Source: Squalus acanthias
Lineage: Eukaryota
DNA length: 64,000 nucleotides
Assembly: GCA_030390025.1 (NCBI GenBank)
Contig: CM059432.1
Location: forward strand, 82,028,001 to 82,092,000
Direction of reading: 5' to 3'
Position 1 is the stretch's first letter. Each line of letters starts with the position of its first letter. Under the pieces are notes generated by a model, which made no database searches, had not been told where the DNA came from, and saw nothing but the letters and a program-made list of their open reading frames with translations. Made by a program: the position numbers and the translations under genes. Below are positions 1 to 12,580 of this stretch, in pieces.

Positions 1-446
1 TGTGATCATGCTATGGCCAGGAGGAAGATGGCAATGCATTCGCCCATTTTATGGTCTTGGAGATCAATGCTAGGTGCTTCCATCTCTCTTTCAAGATGCC
101 TTTTTTAGGCTAGGGAACAGAATTCTGTTTTACAAATGCATATCCCCAGCCGTATTTTCTATTCACAAAAAGGAAGTTCCCTGGGAGACTGAAAACTGTG
201 AGGAAGTTTTGCCGATAGCAGTGGTGTTGGTATTCCAGGTGTGTCAGACACTTGGCTGACCAAATTAAAAAGAGCTATGGTGTACCTAAGAGATTCACAA
301 ACCAGGTCAACAGTGGTAGAAGCAGGGGTAGGAAAGCTCGAGGAATATGAGAGTCAATCTGACTGGCAATGGTCACGTGTTCAAGCCACCACAGACTTTG
401 TTTCTGCTACTATCGCAGTTTACTGCAATAGGAGAGGGAAATCAAA

Positions 447-1291
447 GGGCTGGATTTTCTCAGCCCCGAGGAGGCGGGTATGGAGGCAGGACTGCCGGTA
501 AAGTAGCAGAAAGTGGGGGCGGATGGCAAACCCGCCCCCATCCCACCTCCGTGCCCTTTTGCCAGGAGGCGGGAAGATGTGCTGCTTCGGGTCCCGTCTC
601 CTCGAGGCGGGAAAGGGATTAAATCCTTTTAACTGCCTGTTAACAGGTAGTTAACAGGCAGAAAAAAGGATTAGTCCCATTTTACCTTTAAAGGTGAAGG
701 CTTCCCGACCTCGGAGAACCCCGCCGGGTTGGAGGAGTCGAGTAGGAGGTCTGCGGGGGTCGGAGGGACCTGAAAGTAAGATGTAGAGGTGAGTGATGGG
801 TGCAAGTGTGGAGTGGTAAGTATGTAAGGTGAGTGTTAAGTTTTAAAAATGTTCACTTACCTTGGTTTCTGCCTGCAGCCTTCATCCGCTCTGGATCGGG
901 AGTCCCGACATCTTCCTTGTCGATTTCACAGACTGGCTGTTGGATCCTCCGAACTAACAGCCATCTAAAATCAACAAAGTTGAAAGGTTTGATGAGTCCT
1001 GAACACAAGGGCTCATCAAACTACAGAGAATGTCAGTGTTTGACAGCTTCACAGAGCTGTCAAACGCTGACATTTCTTCTTTCAAGAAGTCTTGACAGAT
1101 AGCATGTCAGACGTTAACGTGCCCTGTCAGTGACTTCCCCCCTAATTGGCCTGCTGAGCCCGCAGGGCAGGCTTAACAAGGTCAATCAGGGGAAAATCCC
1201 TCTGGTTGGCCAGAAGATGATGGAGGCGGGACAATGACACGACAAGCAGCAGTCCCGCCTCCAACTCGTCTCCATTGAGAAAATCCAGCCC
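447..1291. mobile_element. Non-autonomous Harbinger/PIF-like TIR element (family A, copy 1)
   Basis: 16-bp TIR GGGCTGGATTTTCTCA...TGAGAAAATCCAGCCC; 3-bp TSD AAA (444-446/1292-1294); second copy in opposite orientation at 45895-46728; internal hairpins. Confidence 0.8.
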
Positions 1292-1950
1292 AAAGTGTTT
1301 CTTCCAGCCGCTAACTTTAGGAAACCCACTAAAATGGTGGATTTTGCCTAAGTGAGGTTTTTTGAATCATATTGCTAACAGGAGCAGATGAGAGCCGAAT
1401 TGGGCATTGATCTGGCTCTTATTTTCTGCCATAACCAAAACATAAAGCAGAGATTAAAGCATTAATCAAACTCCCACTTGCCTAATTTGTCTGTTTTCTT
1501 ATTCATGGTGTTGTCAGACTTGAGAGTGTGGAAAAAGTCTGGAGTGAGTCAGTAGATTTATTCCACTGGGATCTTACAAAAGTCACACCATGTAGCTTTG
1601 TTAAGAATCAGTCATTGGAGCATGTGATTGCTTCAGACTTTGAGAACTGCAGCTGCATTTTTGGATCACAAAAAAAATTAAGAAAATAAGAAAAGTACCT
1701 GAGGAAATGTTCTGTGGGCCTGTACTACTGCTTGAGTTCCACTGGTTGTATGCTTATATTCACAGTCATTTTACAGCTGCTTTATGATAGAACACAGATG
1801 GTCTTTGCTGGGACACACTGCTGTAGGCATTGATTTATATGAGGCAGCACTTGTAGCACTGGACGCCTGCTCTTAAACACTGATCCTCGACCCATCTGTG
1901 CTCTCCAACTACCGTCTCTAACCTGACTCTCCTTTTTTAAGATCCTCACA

Positions 1951-3297
1951 GGGGAGAGTTTTAACCCCCAAAATTGGGTGAGTTTCGATCGGCCCCAAGC
2001 TGCCCACTTCCGGTTTTAATGGAGGTGGGACGGGGGTGGGGGGAAGGTGGCGGGTGACCAACCTGTTCCCAGTAGGGGTCCCTCATTTAAATATTTTAAT
2101 GAGACTGCGTGCCTGTTCCAGCTTTAACCCTGGCCGGCTGGGTTTCCCGGGCCTCAGGAAGCCCGGCAGCTAAAGGGAGGTGAGGTGCTGCATGGAAGAG
2201 ATAAGTGCTTTTCCAGCACAGCTTGTGGGCCAGGAGGAGCAGGCGTGCTTCCCCCTGGCCTACCAAACAAACCTGGTAACCTCCTCAGTGATCGGACCTC
2301 ACCCCACCTCCCTCACGGCGATCCGATGCCCTCATGATATCATCCACGGGCCCCCCACAATCTTCTCCCCTCCTCCCCCAATCTCTCCAGCCCCCCACAA
2401 TCTTCTCCCCTCCTCCCCCAATCTCTCTGGCCCCTCACAATCTTCTCCCCTCCTCCCCCAATCTCTCTGGCCCCTCACAATCTTCTCCCCTCCTCCCCCA
2501 ATCTCTCCGGCCCCCCACAATCTTGTCCCCTCCTCCCCCAATCTCTCCGGCCCCCCACAATCTTCTCCCCTCCTCCCCCAATCTCTCTGGCCCCTCACAA
2601 TCTTCTCCCCTCCTCCCCCAATCTCTCCGGCCCCTCACAATCTTCTCCCCTCCTCCCCCAATCTCTCCGGCCCCTCACAATCTTCTCCCCTCCTCCCCCA
2701 ATCTCTCCGGCCCCCCACAATCTTCTCCCCTCCTCCCCCAATCTCTCCGGCCCCTCACAATCTTCTCCCCTCCTCCTCCAATCTCTCCGACCCCCCACAA
2801 TCTTCTCCCCTCCTCCCCCAATCTCTCTGGCCCCTCACAATCTTCTCCCCTCCTCCCCCAATCTCTACGGGCCCCACAATCTTCTTCCCTCCCCCCCGAT
2901 CTCTCCGGCCCCTCACAATCTTCTCCCCTCCTCCCCCGATCTCTCCAGCCCCTCACAATCTTCTCCCCTGATCTTCCAGGCCCGCTCATCGATGTCCCCC
3001 CCTGACCCCCAAACTCTCCGGGTCCCTCCATTGATGTGTCACCGCACCCCCCCACAGTCCACCCACCCCAGCACCCAATCTCTCCCCTCCACCTCTACGC
3101 GGTCTGGTGCCGCAGCCCTAACCACCCGACAACCAACCTGGCTGGCTGCGACCGGGAAATGGATTTCAAAAATGGTAATCAGGTCCTGACGTTAAATTCG
3201 GCAGGGCCTGAGGAAAACCAGTTCTTCTGGTCACCCGACCTCAGAACTGCACCCCCATCCCCCCGTCCCTCCCCGCTTTCCCATAAATATCTGGGCC
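1951..3297. mobile_element. Non-autonomous Harbinger-like element (family B) containing a minisatellite
   Basis: Body is similar to 17700-18494; it splits the L2; ends are GGGGAGAGTTTTAACCCC... and ...TCTGGGCC; TSD unclear. Confidence 0.6.
2351..2970. repeat. 40-bp pyrimidine-rich minisatellite, ~15 copies
   Basis: Unit CCCC(C/T)CACAATCTTCTCCCCTCCTCCCCCAATCTCTC(C/T)GG, period 40 from 2351 to 2870, then degenerate copies. Confidence 0.95.
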
Positions 3298-3666
3298 ATT
3301 GTTTGCCTCATCCCCTGTTTGAATCCTTCCCGTCCAGCTTCCATTTTTCTCACAGCACTGAGAAGGCTCTGGCCAAAGTCACAAATTAAATCCTCTGTGA
3401 CTATGACCATCTTGGACTATTGCTCTGTATCCTCCTCTGCGTCTCTGCGCTGTTTGTATGACTGCACCATTCTCCTCCTCTGGTGTCCAGCTCTGTGGGA
3501 CTCTCTTGCATAGTTCCACTCCTTCCTATTCAAATGCAGCCAGCATATCTCCAGCAATGGCTTCTCTCCCCGTCTTTGCACCTTCGCCTCTGGAGCCCCC
3601 CAAGCATCTATCCTTGTTCACATGCAGCCCCTCAGTGACATCATCCTCAGCCATGGCGTCAGCTTC

Positions 3667-5462
3667 ATAAGAACATAAGACGTGAGAGCAGGAGTAAGTC
3701 ATTTGGCCCCTCGAGCCTGCTCCGCCATTCAATAAGATCATGGCTGATCTGATCCTGGCCTCAACTCCACTTCCCTGCCCGCTCCCCATGACCCTTGACT
3801 CCCTTACCATTCAAAAATCTGTCTATCTCCACCTTAAATATATTCAATGACCCAGCCTCCACAGCTCTCTGGGGAAGAGAATTCCGAAGATTCACAACCT
3901 TCTGAGAGAAGAAATTCTTCCGCATTTCCGTTTTAAATGGGTGCCCCCTTATTCTGAAATTATGCCCCCTCGTTCTAGATTCCCCCATGAGGGGAAACAT
4001 CCTCTCTGCACCTACCCTGTCAAGCCCCTTCAGAATTTTATATGTTTCAATAAGATCCCCTCTCATTCTTCTAAACTCCAATGAGTATAGGCCCAACCTG
4101 CTCAACCTTTCTTCATAAGACAACCCTTTCATCTCCGGAATCAACCTCGTGAACCTTCTCTGAACTGCCTCCAATGCAAGTATATCCTTCCTTAAATAAG
4201 GAGACCAAAACTGTATGCAGTACTCCAGGTGTGGTCTCACTAATGCCCTGTACAGTTGTAACAGGACTTCCCTACTTTTATACTCCATTCCCTTTGCAAT
4301 AAAGGCCAACACTCCAGTTGCCTTCCAAATGACTTGCTGTACCTGCATGCTAACTTTTTGTGATTCATGTACAAGGACCCCCAGATCCCTCTTTACCTCA
4401 GTATTTTGTAATCTCTCCCCATTTAAATAATAATTTGCTTTTTTATTTTTCCTACCAAAGTGGATAACCTCGCATTTTCCCACATTAAACTCCATCTGCC
4501 AGATTTTTGCCCACTCACTTAGCCTATCTATATCCCTTTGGAGATTCTTTGGGGTAAAAATTCACTTGGTTGTGCCACCCGTTAGCGCCTTAAGAGGGCG
4601 CTAATGGGGCGCAAAGCCGCTAACGCCCGGGCGCAGCGATGTTTGCGCCGCTCGAGAACTTAACTTGAGATTGTGCGGCGGCGCTAAAACTTACCGCTGC
4701 GACCACCTGCGCGCGCAGATTGTGACGTCATTCCATGGTGCAACGCCCTTGGGGCGCCCCGTAGCGGAAATTGAGTGGCGCCCCCTGCCTTACCGCCTGG
4801 CGCTTCCAACGACCAGAAGACTGGAACGCTATCAATCGCTGTGGGGCTGGGGGGGGGCGCTATTTAAAGGGGGCCTCTTCCTGTCTTTTATTGTTGGTGG
4901 CATTTTTGAACTACGCATTCTGAGAGAGAGAGGGAGAGACTTCTGGAGAGATTCAACGTTGTGTGAAGGAGTTTTGGGTACTGAGCAGCACTTTGCAGGT
5001 TCATTTTGATTTGCCATTCCTTGTATCGATTTAGCAGAGACCGTGGGAGCTGCACTCTGAGCTCTTTGCCTGGTGCTCTCCATTGTTCTTTCCAGCACAT
5101 TTGATGTGCAAGTCTCTCCAGGCCGAGATTCAAGGCAGCAATGAACAGGATGTGGATGGAAAGCAAGATTAACCATCCCCTTTAAGAACTGGCCCGTGCC
5201 ATTGTGTGTGTGTTCCATTGCTGACTGACATTACATGAGCTTCGCCAGCGCTCCGAGTTAGCGCCTCACTGCTCGGCCTTTGCGCCTTAAGAGAGGTGTG
5301 CAGCGCCTGCTTTAGCGCTCCACTCACCTCCCGGGGCGGTAAAAGTGAAGTTTCCCGTCAGTGCCGATAATTAGCGCCAGGCGCTAATATTTGCGTCCGG
5401 ACGATATTTGCGCCCCAAATGGGGCGCGACCTAATTTCTACCCCTTTGTGTCCTCCACACAA
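3667..5462 (-). mobile_element. 5'-truncated CR1 LINE (C-terminal ORF2 plus 3' UTR)
   Basis: ORF 3761-4495 has FNVGKCEVIHFG, RDLGVLV, LYRALVRPHLEYCIQFWSP and RTRGH; (CATAAGAA)n tail; 5' stub resumes after the MITE at 5445. Confidence 0.92.
4551..5444. mobile_element. Non-autonomous Harbinger-like element inserted in CR1
   Basis: TIR GGGGTAAAAATT...AATTTCTACCCC; TSD TTT (4548-4550/5445-5447); shares GCAGATTGTGACGTCA and GCGCTATTTAAAGG with the left arm of the 37712-41841 Harbinger. Confidence 0.8.
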
Positions 5463-6957
5463 TTCAACATGTATGTTAATAACACCCACCTCTACCATCT
5501 CATCACCTCCCTCAACTGCATGACCATCTCTGCACTGTCAGGCTGGCTGTTCAAGATCAAGTCTTCAATAATCTGAATATTGGGAAGACTAAAGCCATCA
5601 CTTTTGGCTCCTGTCATAAACTTTACTCCCTTGTATGATACCTTGGCATCCTGTCTGACCTAGAGTTACGTTTCAAATCCCACATCCTATCCATCATCAA
5701 GATCAATTATTGTCACCTCCACAACATTGTCTGTCTCTGCCCCTACCTTGGTCCCTCCACTGCTGAAACCCTTATTCACACTTTTGTCACTTCCAAACCC
5801 GAATATTCCAATGCTCTCCTTGTTGGCATCCCATCCTCAAGAAAATTCAACTTGTCTAAAATTCAGTCTGTTCTGCATGACGTCCCACTTGCCCATCACC
5901 TCTGTCTTCAATGACCCACAGAGGCCCTGAATCATGCAGCACGTTAAATTTTAAATTAAAATCTTCAAATCCTTCCATGATTTCCCCCCACCCTATTTCT
6001 GCATCCTCCTCCAGCCTTATATCTTCTGTCAAACCATTTGGTCCTTGGACTCTGGCCTTTTGTGCATCCCCCTCCCTTCGCTCCATCATTGGTGGAAGAG
6101 CCTTCAGCCACGTTGGCCCCACTCTCTTGAACTCCCTCCCTAATCCTCACCGCTTCTCTCTCCACCTTTAGAAGCATTCGCAAAACCCATCTTTTTGACC
6201 AAGCTTTCGGTCAGCCCTCCTAATCGTTCCTTGCTACCGCGGTGTTTATTTCCTTATCTATTTTAACTTGTGATGTTCCTCGGATCATTTTTAATGGAAA
6301 TGGTACCATATAAAGGCAAGATATTGCTGTTATGTAAGTAGCTTTATAAGAATCTCTTGCACAATGCTCTGTGAAAGATCATTTCAAAAAAAGATTGAGA
6401 AACTTTAAGACAGTCTGGAATATGCACAATATCAGATCACTAATAAAGAACACAAGGAAATTAAGTGCTAATACTAATTTCTTCACAATAGTTACTTGTA
6501 GTAGACATCGTTTATAATATTAGGGCTATTACATAAAATTTGTAGAATGATAAACTTTCCTAATGAGAGACCTGATACAAACCAAGTTTTTCCAGTGTCT
6601 GCTGTACCTTGATATTTACTGTAACTGTGGCAAATACCTTTGAATGGAAACAATCTGAAGTTAATAGGTGGCTGCTCTGTATCTCTATTCTTTAGAGCAT
6701 GTGGATTTATTCAATCATTTGTATAACTGCCTTTGTGTTTCTCTAGTAAATTCCAAACTCTCTGCCAAGAAATAATCTCTTTATAGTTTAGCCAGGCAAA
6801 TGGCTTAGACCATAAAATAGTGCAACAGGATTCTTCCTCAGATTTACTACTCCAACCTATCACGCACAATTTTCACAGAACATGTGCTACATACTGTAGC
6901 TTATTCTGGGACTTGGTGCAGAACTAGATAACATTGCAATTATCAGCTGCATCACAA

Positions 6958-9089
6958 AGGCAGTTTCCCCTACCTCGGCGGGTCCGGTGCGGCCGGGGTC
7001 GGTGGCAGGTCCCAACCTCGCTGCTGGCTCCAGCCCGCTGTCCAAAGTGATTTTACATTGATTGGACTTGTTAAGCCCGCCCAGCGAGTTTACATAACAA
7101 CAAAAGAACATAAGAAATAGGAGCAGGAGTTGGCCATTTGGCACTTCGAGCCTGCTCTGCCATTCAATAAGATCATGGCTGATCTTCTACCTCATCTCCA
7201 CTGTCCTGCACTATCCCCATATCCCTTGATTCCATTAATATTCAAAAATCTATCGATCTCTGTCTTGAATATACTCAATGACTGAGCCTCCACAGCCCTC
7301 TGGGGTAGAGAATTCCAAAGATTCACCATCCTCTGAAATTTCTCCTCATCTCAGTCCTAAATGGCCGACCCCTTTTTCTGAGACTGTGACCCCCCTGGTT
7401 CTGGACTCCCCAGCCAGGGGAAACATCCTCCCTGCATCTACCCTGTCAAGCCCTATTGTTTGTTTCAATGAGATCACCTCTCATTCTTCTAAACTCTAGA
7501 GAATGTAGGCCGAGTATACTGAATCTCTCCTCATAGGACAATCCCCCCATCCCAGGAATCAGTCTGGTGAACCTTCGTTGCACTCCCTCTATGGCAAGTA
7601 TATCCTTCCTTAGGTAAGGAGACCAAAACTGTACACAATACTCCAGGTGTGGTCTCACCAGGGCCCTATATAATTGCAATAAGACGTCTTTACTCTTATA
7701 CGCAAATCCTCTTGTAATAAAGGCCAACATACCATTTGCTTTCCTAATTGCTTGCTGTACCTGCATGTTAACTTTCAGTGATTTGTGTACAAGGACACCC
7801 AGGTCCCTCTGAACACCAACATTTCCCAATCTCTCACCATTTAAAAAATACTCTGCTTTTCTATTTTACCTACCAAAGTGGATAACTTCACATTTCTCCA
7901 CATTATATTCAATTTGCCATGTTCTTACCCACTCACTTAGCTTGTCTATATCATCTTGAAGCCCCTTTGCATCCTCCTCACAACTTACATTCCCACCCAG
8001 CTTTGTATCATCAGTAAACTTGGATATATTACATTTGGTCCCCCCATCCAAATCATTGATGTAGATTGTGAATAGCTGAGGCCCAAGCACTGATCCTTGC
8101 AGTACCCCACTAGTTACAGCCTTTCAACCAGAAAATAACCCGTTTATTCCTACTCTCTGTTTTCTGTCCGTTAACCAATCCTCAATCCATGCTAGTATAT
8201 TACCCCCAATCCCATGAGCCCTAATTTTATTTAATAACCTCTTGTGTGGCACCTTATCGACCAATTGAAGGAAGCAGGTCTGATGACGTCCTTAAAGGGA
8301 CCATGCACAAATTGACTGACAGAACTGACCATAAACGGCAGGGACCCAGTGCTTGGTCTCTGCTATTTTTAATCTGGGATTTTCTAGCCTGCCTTTAAAA
8401 AAGGCGGAACATTTGCCTGCTCCTTACAGGCCAAAGTTATCAGGGGTGGAGTTGGGGGCAGAGCTGGGAGATCAGTTGTTATGATCCGGAATTCACTGCC
8501 TGAAAAGGTGGTGGAAGTGGATTCAGTAGTAACTTTCAAAAGGAAATATACTTGAAAAGGAGAGATTTGCAGGGCTATGTGGAAAGAGTGGGGGAGTGGG
8601 ACTAATTGGATAGCTCTTTCAAACAGCTGGCACACACACAATGGGCCAACCAGCCTCCAAATTGGCATAAGTGGGCCCCATCATAGGGTTCAGACAAGAG
8701 GAGCAACCTGGACCCCAAACAAAAGGATAACTTTTAATTTATTTTTATTGATAATAACACAAGGGGACATAGCTGGAGTCTGGGGGGGTGGGGGGGGGGG
8801 GGGGTGGTGGGGAGCTGGGTCGCCCCAAACCCCAATGGTAGGCAGGTGCCAGATGTTCTGGCTGCATAGGCAAACAAGCACCTGAGATGCACCCACTGGC
8901 GCAGGCACTCGTCTGCCTCATGTAATTTAGATGCCCTGTCGCTGACCCCGCAAACTCTGAGGAGTCATCACTAGAGGTCACCAGTGAGCATAATTCCACC
9001 ATAGTTGCTGAGCGCGCGGCCCACAGATTTTCGAGGCTGCTTTTCCTTATTTTACACATCAAGTTGGAGTGCCGTGACAAAATTTCCAC
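6958..9089. mobile_element. Probable GC-rich non-autonomous DNA element split by CR1
   Basis: GC-rich MITE-like sequence on both sides of the 7093-8260 CR1; ends ...AAAATTTCCAC; boundaries approximate. Confidence 0.4.
7093..8260 (-). mobile_element. 5'-truncated CR1 LINE
   Basis: ORFs 7446-7829 and 7866-8090 ([34 protein letters not shown]); CATAAGAA tail. Confidence 0.92.
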
Positions 9090-9486
9090 AACAAGGGAAG
9101 CAACAGGTCTGCCAACATTTTAAAATAATTTTATAACTCTGAAGCCTGCTGCACCTGCAGTAAGTAGTCTGAAAATGTGGCACATGGAAAATATATTTTG
9201 CATATGTGCTCCAGAAATAGTCTTATGAAACCAGACCCAATGATTCATATCCTGAACACCAATGAAAAATTATTGTAACATAGCCACACCTTTAATAATA
9301 ATGGTAATATTTTAAAAGGCAGCACAGATTGGAGTGCAGATGTAAGCACAGATAGGTGCAGTTAAGCTTTTAAAACATGAGCCGGTTAGTTTATTCCACT
9401 TCATTTTCTGAATCTAGTAGAATGTTGCTAATCCAAATACCACAAGTAACATGGATACACAAGTCACTAATCCAAACAAGTTAATT

Positions 9487-9668
9487 GGCCTAATTTTTAA
9501 CTTCGCTGCCTGGGTGGTAACCTGGAGATCCGGTTACTCACTGTTGTAGAACCTGCCCGATGTTCGTCCTATTAAAATCAATGGGATGAAAATTGGGCGG
9601 CTTATACACGAGCGGGTGATCTGCTCCATCAGGTTACTACCCAGGCAGCAAGGTTGAATGTTACCCCC
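9487..9668. mobile_element. Palindromic (hairpin) MITE
   Basis: Arms CTTCGCTGCCTGGGTGGTAACCTG and CAGGTTACTACCCAGGCAGCAAGG are inverted, with a further inner inverted pair. Confidence 0.65.
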
Positions 9669-9732
9669 GGCTAATCCAAACTGTGGCCAATCCCAACTAA
9701 TTTAGTGACATTCTACTGTATGTTATCTGGAT

Positions 9733-10453
9733 CAGGGTCAACTTAAGGTCCGCGAGAAGATTTCAAGGGGTCCTCTGCAGCGGCACATCAGCCCAACCTC
9801 ACGTCAGTGCACTGAATTGCACTATTTTTGGAGCAGAGGAGACTCCACCCCCTCCTCCCTCCGATCCGTTAGTGACAGTTGGCAGCGGGTTAATTTCCCG
9901 GCAGGCCGCATGCCCGCTCTCCTGCCCACCATCTTTAAATCAGGTAAGCGGAGCAACAGGTCGGTGGAGTTTGATGTCCGTTTTGTGGGGAAATGGGCCG
10001 AGAATGAATCGAAGAGCATCGGCGAATGCTCGGCTGACTTCAGCTTTCGCTCTTTATGCGACTTTCCGCTGCTGGTCTGTGGCAGCTGTTTACAGAACCA
10101 AGCACGGCACGGGCAGCTGATTAAACTGTCCGCTGCCACCAGGAGCTCGCGGTCCCGGGTCCGAGTGCCGGGGCATCACTCACAAGAGGTGCGGACGGCC
10201 ATAAAAGTTGACCTTCTTTATAAAGTACACTATTCTGCATTGGGAAGTGAGCCTGGAGCTTAGGTGCACATCGTATATGGTGATCCATCTGATTTTCTGT
10301 TGTGGGATCTTGCTGTGCGCATATTTGCTGCTGGTTTTTACAACGTGATAGGAGCCACTCTTAAAAAATAGTTGTGTTGTGTTACAGGGGGTCCGTGGAA
10401 TTTTTATAACACGGGACTTGGGGCCTCAAAAGCAAAAAGGTTGAGAAACCCTG
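9733..10453. mobile_element. Non-autonomous hAT (Charlie-like) element
   Basis: Ends CAGGGT..CAAC and AAAAAGGTTGAGAAACCCTG; 8-bp imperfect TSD ATCTGGAT/ATCGAGAT resembling the NTCTAGAN Charlie target. Confidence 0.7.
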
Positions 10454-10509
10454 ATCGAGATAATTTGTACATTTTATTATTCCTCTAATTTGACATCTTT
10501 AACGTCAAT

Positions 10510-10985
10510 GTGTCACCCTAGGCTCATGGTAGCACTCTCACCTCTGTCAATAGGTTGTGGGTTCAGGCCCCACTCCAGGATTTGAGCATATAATCCAGGT
10601 TGATACATCAGTGCACTACTGAGAGAGTGCTACACTATTGGAGGTGTTATCTGTCTTTTGAGATGTTAAACTGAGGTCCTGTCAGCCCTCTTAGGTGGAT
10701 GTAAAAAGAACCATGGCACTATTTTAAGAAGAGTGGGGGGCGGGGGGGGGGGGGGGGGGGTTCCTCGTGTCCTGGCTAATATTTATCTCTCAAACAACAC
10801 CAAAAACTGTTTAATTGGTCAATTATTTAATTGCTATTTGTGGGACCTTTTGTGCAAATTGGCTGTTGCCTTTCCCTACATTATAACAGTAACTGCACTT
10901 CAAAAGTACTTCATAGGCTGTAATGTGCTTTGGGACGTCCTGAGGTCATGAAGATGATGTGTAAAAGCAAATCTTTTATTTCTTT
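10510..10985 (+). mobile_element. tRNA-derived Deu-domain SINE (SacSINE1-like)
   Basis: A/B-box head (GGCTCATGGTAGCAC...GGGTTCAGGCCC), Deu core (TGTGCAAATTGGCTG...CTACATTATAACAGT) and L2-like tail. Confidence 0.8.
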
Positions 10986-11649
10986 GTTAAACAATATTCA
11001 TTACAAGACATTTATTAACTTTCTTATGGAACAGTTATACTGCAGATCTCACATTTATGACTTGTTTTTCACATTTCATCAATGTATAAACTGATTTAAG
11101 GGTGCTATGACTTTTAATAAGAGCATATCAAGGAGCTAGTCTCACACTGCTTGGGCTTCACACTGACTGCAGTGTCATTCTGACTGAAAGAAGGACATTT
11201 TTAAACCTTACGCTTTCTTCCTCCTTTCTCTCTCCTCCTCTCCTGAAGTACATTGACAGATTGTTGGTGTGGAGTTGCAGTTGCACAGATGCCAATCACA
11301 CCTTAGTACCTCACCCAAGCAGTATAAAATCAATTAGGTATGTGAAACTCCTTTTTGGGTTCTGGATTGTAAATACCACTAGTTTTACACATAACATGCA
11401 ATATCTAACACCCTCTTTTCACTGTCTCTGCAAAAATGTTCACATATACACACTCACATATATTACGCACAACTCGGTCTTTGACCTATTTCCCAAGGTA
11501 AAATAATGCATTTCAAATTCAGAAATTACTTCATGGTCCAAATTCCCCCAAATATTGCACATATCATGCATTACCATATAACAATTTAGCGCCATTTTTA
11601 CATGTAATATTAACCCAACTACTCATTATTCTGTACATAAAAAAGTTAC

Positions 11650-12200
11650 TGATTTTTGAGTGTTAGTATCGGACAGAAAATCATTTTCGTCGTTCTGTAA
11701 TCCGCAGAAGTACGTATTGTGAGGGAATGACACAGTTGACAGAGTGTCTCAGAGTTCACATCACAGATGCTTGCAAATAGCTTCAGCTTTTTCTCCAGAG
11801 TCTTGGTTAATGACCAGTGTATACTTGACTAATCTCCTTCTACCTTGGTATCTGAAGATATGATATGCAGTACTTTTTTTGCCACAGAGGTGGATGAGTT
11901 CCACTTGTCAATACCTCCTGAAATGAATGGTGTTCAAGTCATGCTTTTGCCGAGAAATGAAAATACACGCAAATGTTTCCGCAAGAGCCCAGAAGTTTTG
12001 AAACTGAAGTATGTTTAATGGAGAAAACTACAGACCGCCAGACTCGAAAGTGTACAACACAGTTCATGTGGTCATAACCCCCTGTAACCTTCACAACATG
12101 GGCTCTGTTGTCAGGGAACATAATTCCTCTTGACAGGTCCTTGGGACAAATCCACTCAGTGAACACTGGCAGTATTGACTGCTCAATGTTCTCAATAGAT
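11650..12200 (-). mobile_element. Possible highly decayed hAT transposase fragment
   Basis: Minus-strand frames give NRAHVV..GG..NCVVH..SIKH..YFHFSAK..DT(R)*, loosely matching the hAT DGAxxM / HCxxH / FFxxS / TRW motif order, with frameshifts. Confidence 0.3.
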
Positions 12201-12580
12201 TGGGACATTCAAACAAAGCACCATGTCAACGTGCAATGCCATGGCCAATGGGATTCACAGCAGCCACAGCTTAAGCTGCAGTATCCTTAAAAGTCACCTA
12301 TTATACCACTGGAGATAGTGAAACACGTTGGCCCTGATGGGGGTCTGCATTTTAGTAACAAATTGGATTAGCTCTCCTTGCCTTTTCTATATAGACTGGA
12401 ACATTGTTTTTTTTTCAATTTGCCTCCCTCCCCCTTTTTACCTCTACTAAAGGGGTTGGGTTTTACTGGGATGCTGTTCCATGGGCACTGTTACCCTCCA
12501 GTACCAATTCCTCATGGGTGAACCAAGAGTGTTTTGGCAAGCTATTTTACTGTGGAGGGCATCATAGCAAAGCTTGATCT

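Larger units (their letters stand above)
1875..6331 (+). mobile_element. Decayed L2 LINE, interrupted by a MITE, a CR1 and a second MITE
   Basis: Segments ~1875-1950, ~3298-3666 and ~5463-6331 are colinear with the better-preserved L2 at 32770-34826 (NYRPIS region, YADD-derived region, 3' tail). Confidence 0.75.

Noticed and set aside
2180..3055. Long Pro/Ser-rich and Gly/Arg-rich ORFs
   Set aside because: By-products of the stop-free 40-bp minisatellite, open in several frames on both strands.
10735..10760. Poly-G tracts (also ~8782-8805)
   Set aside because: Homopolymer expansions within repeats; lengths may be unreliable.
11888..12008. Plus-strand exon candidate (VDEFHLSIPPEMNG...)
   Set aside because: Splice-like ends but an unrecognised peptide; overlaps a possible decayed hAT on the other strand.
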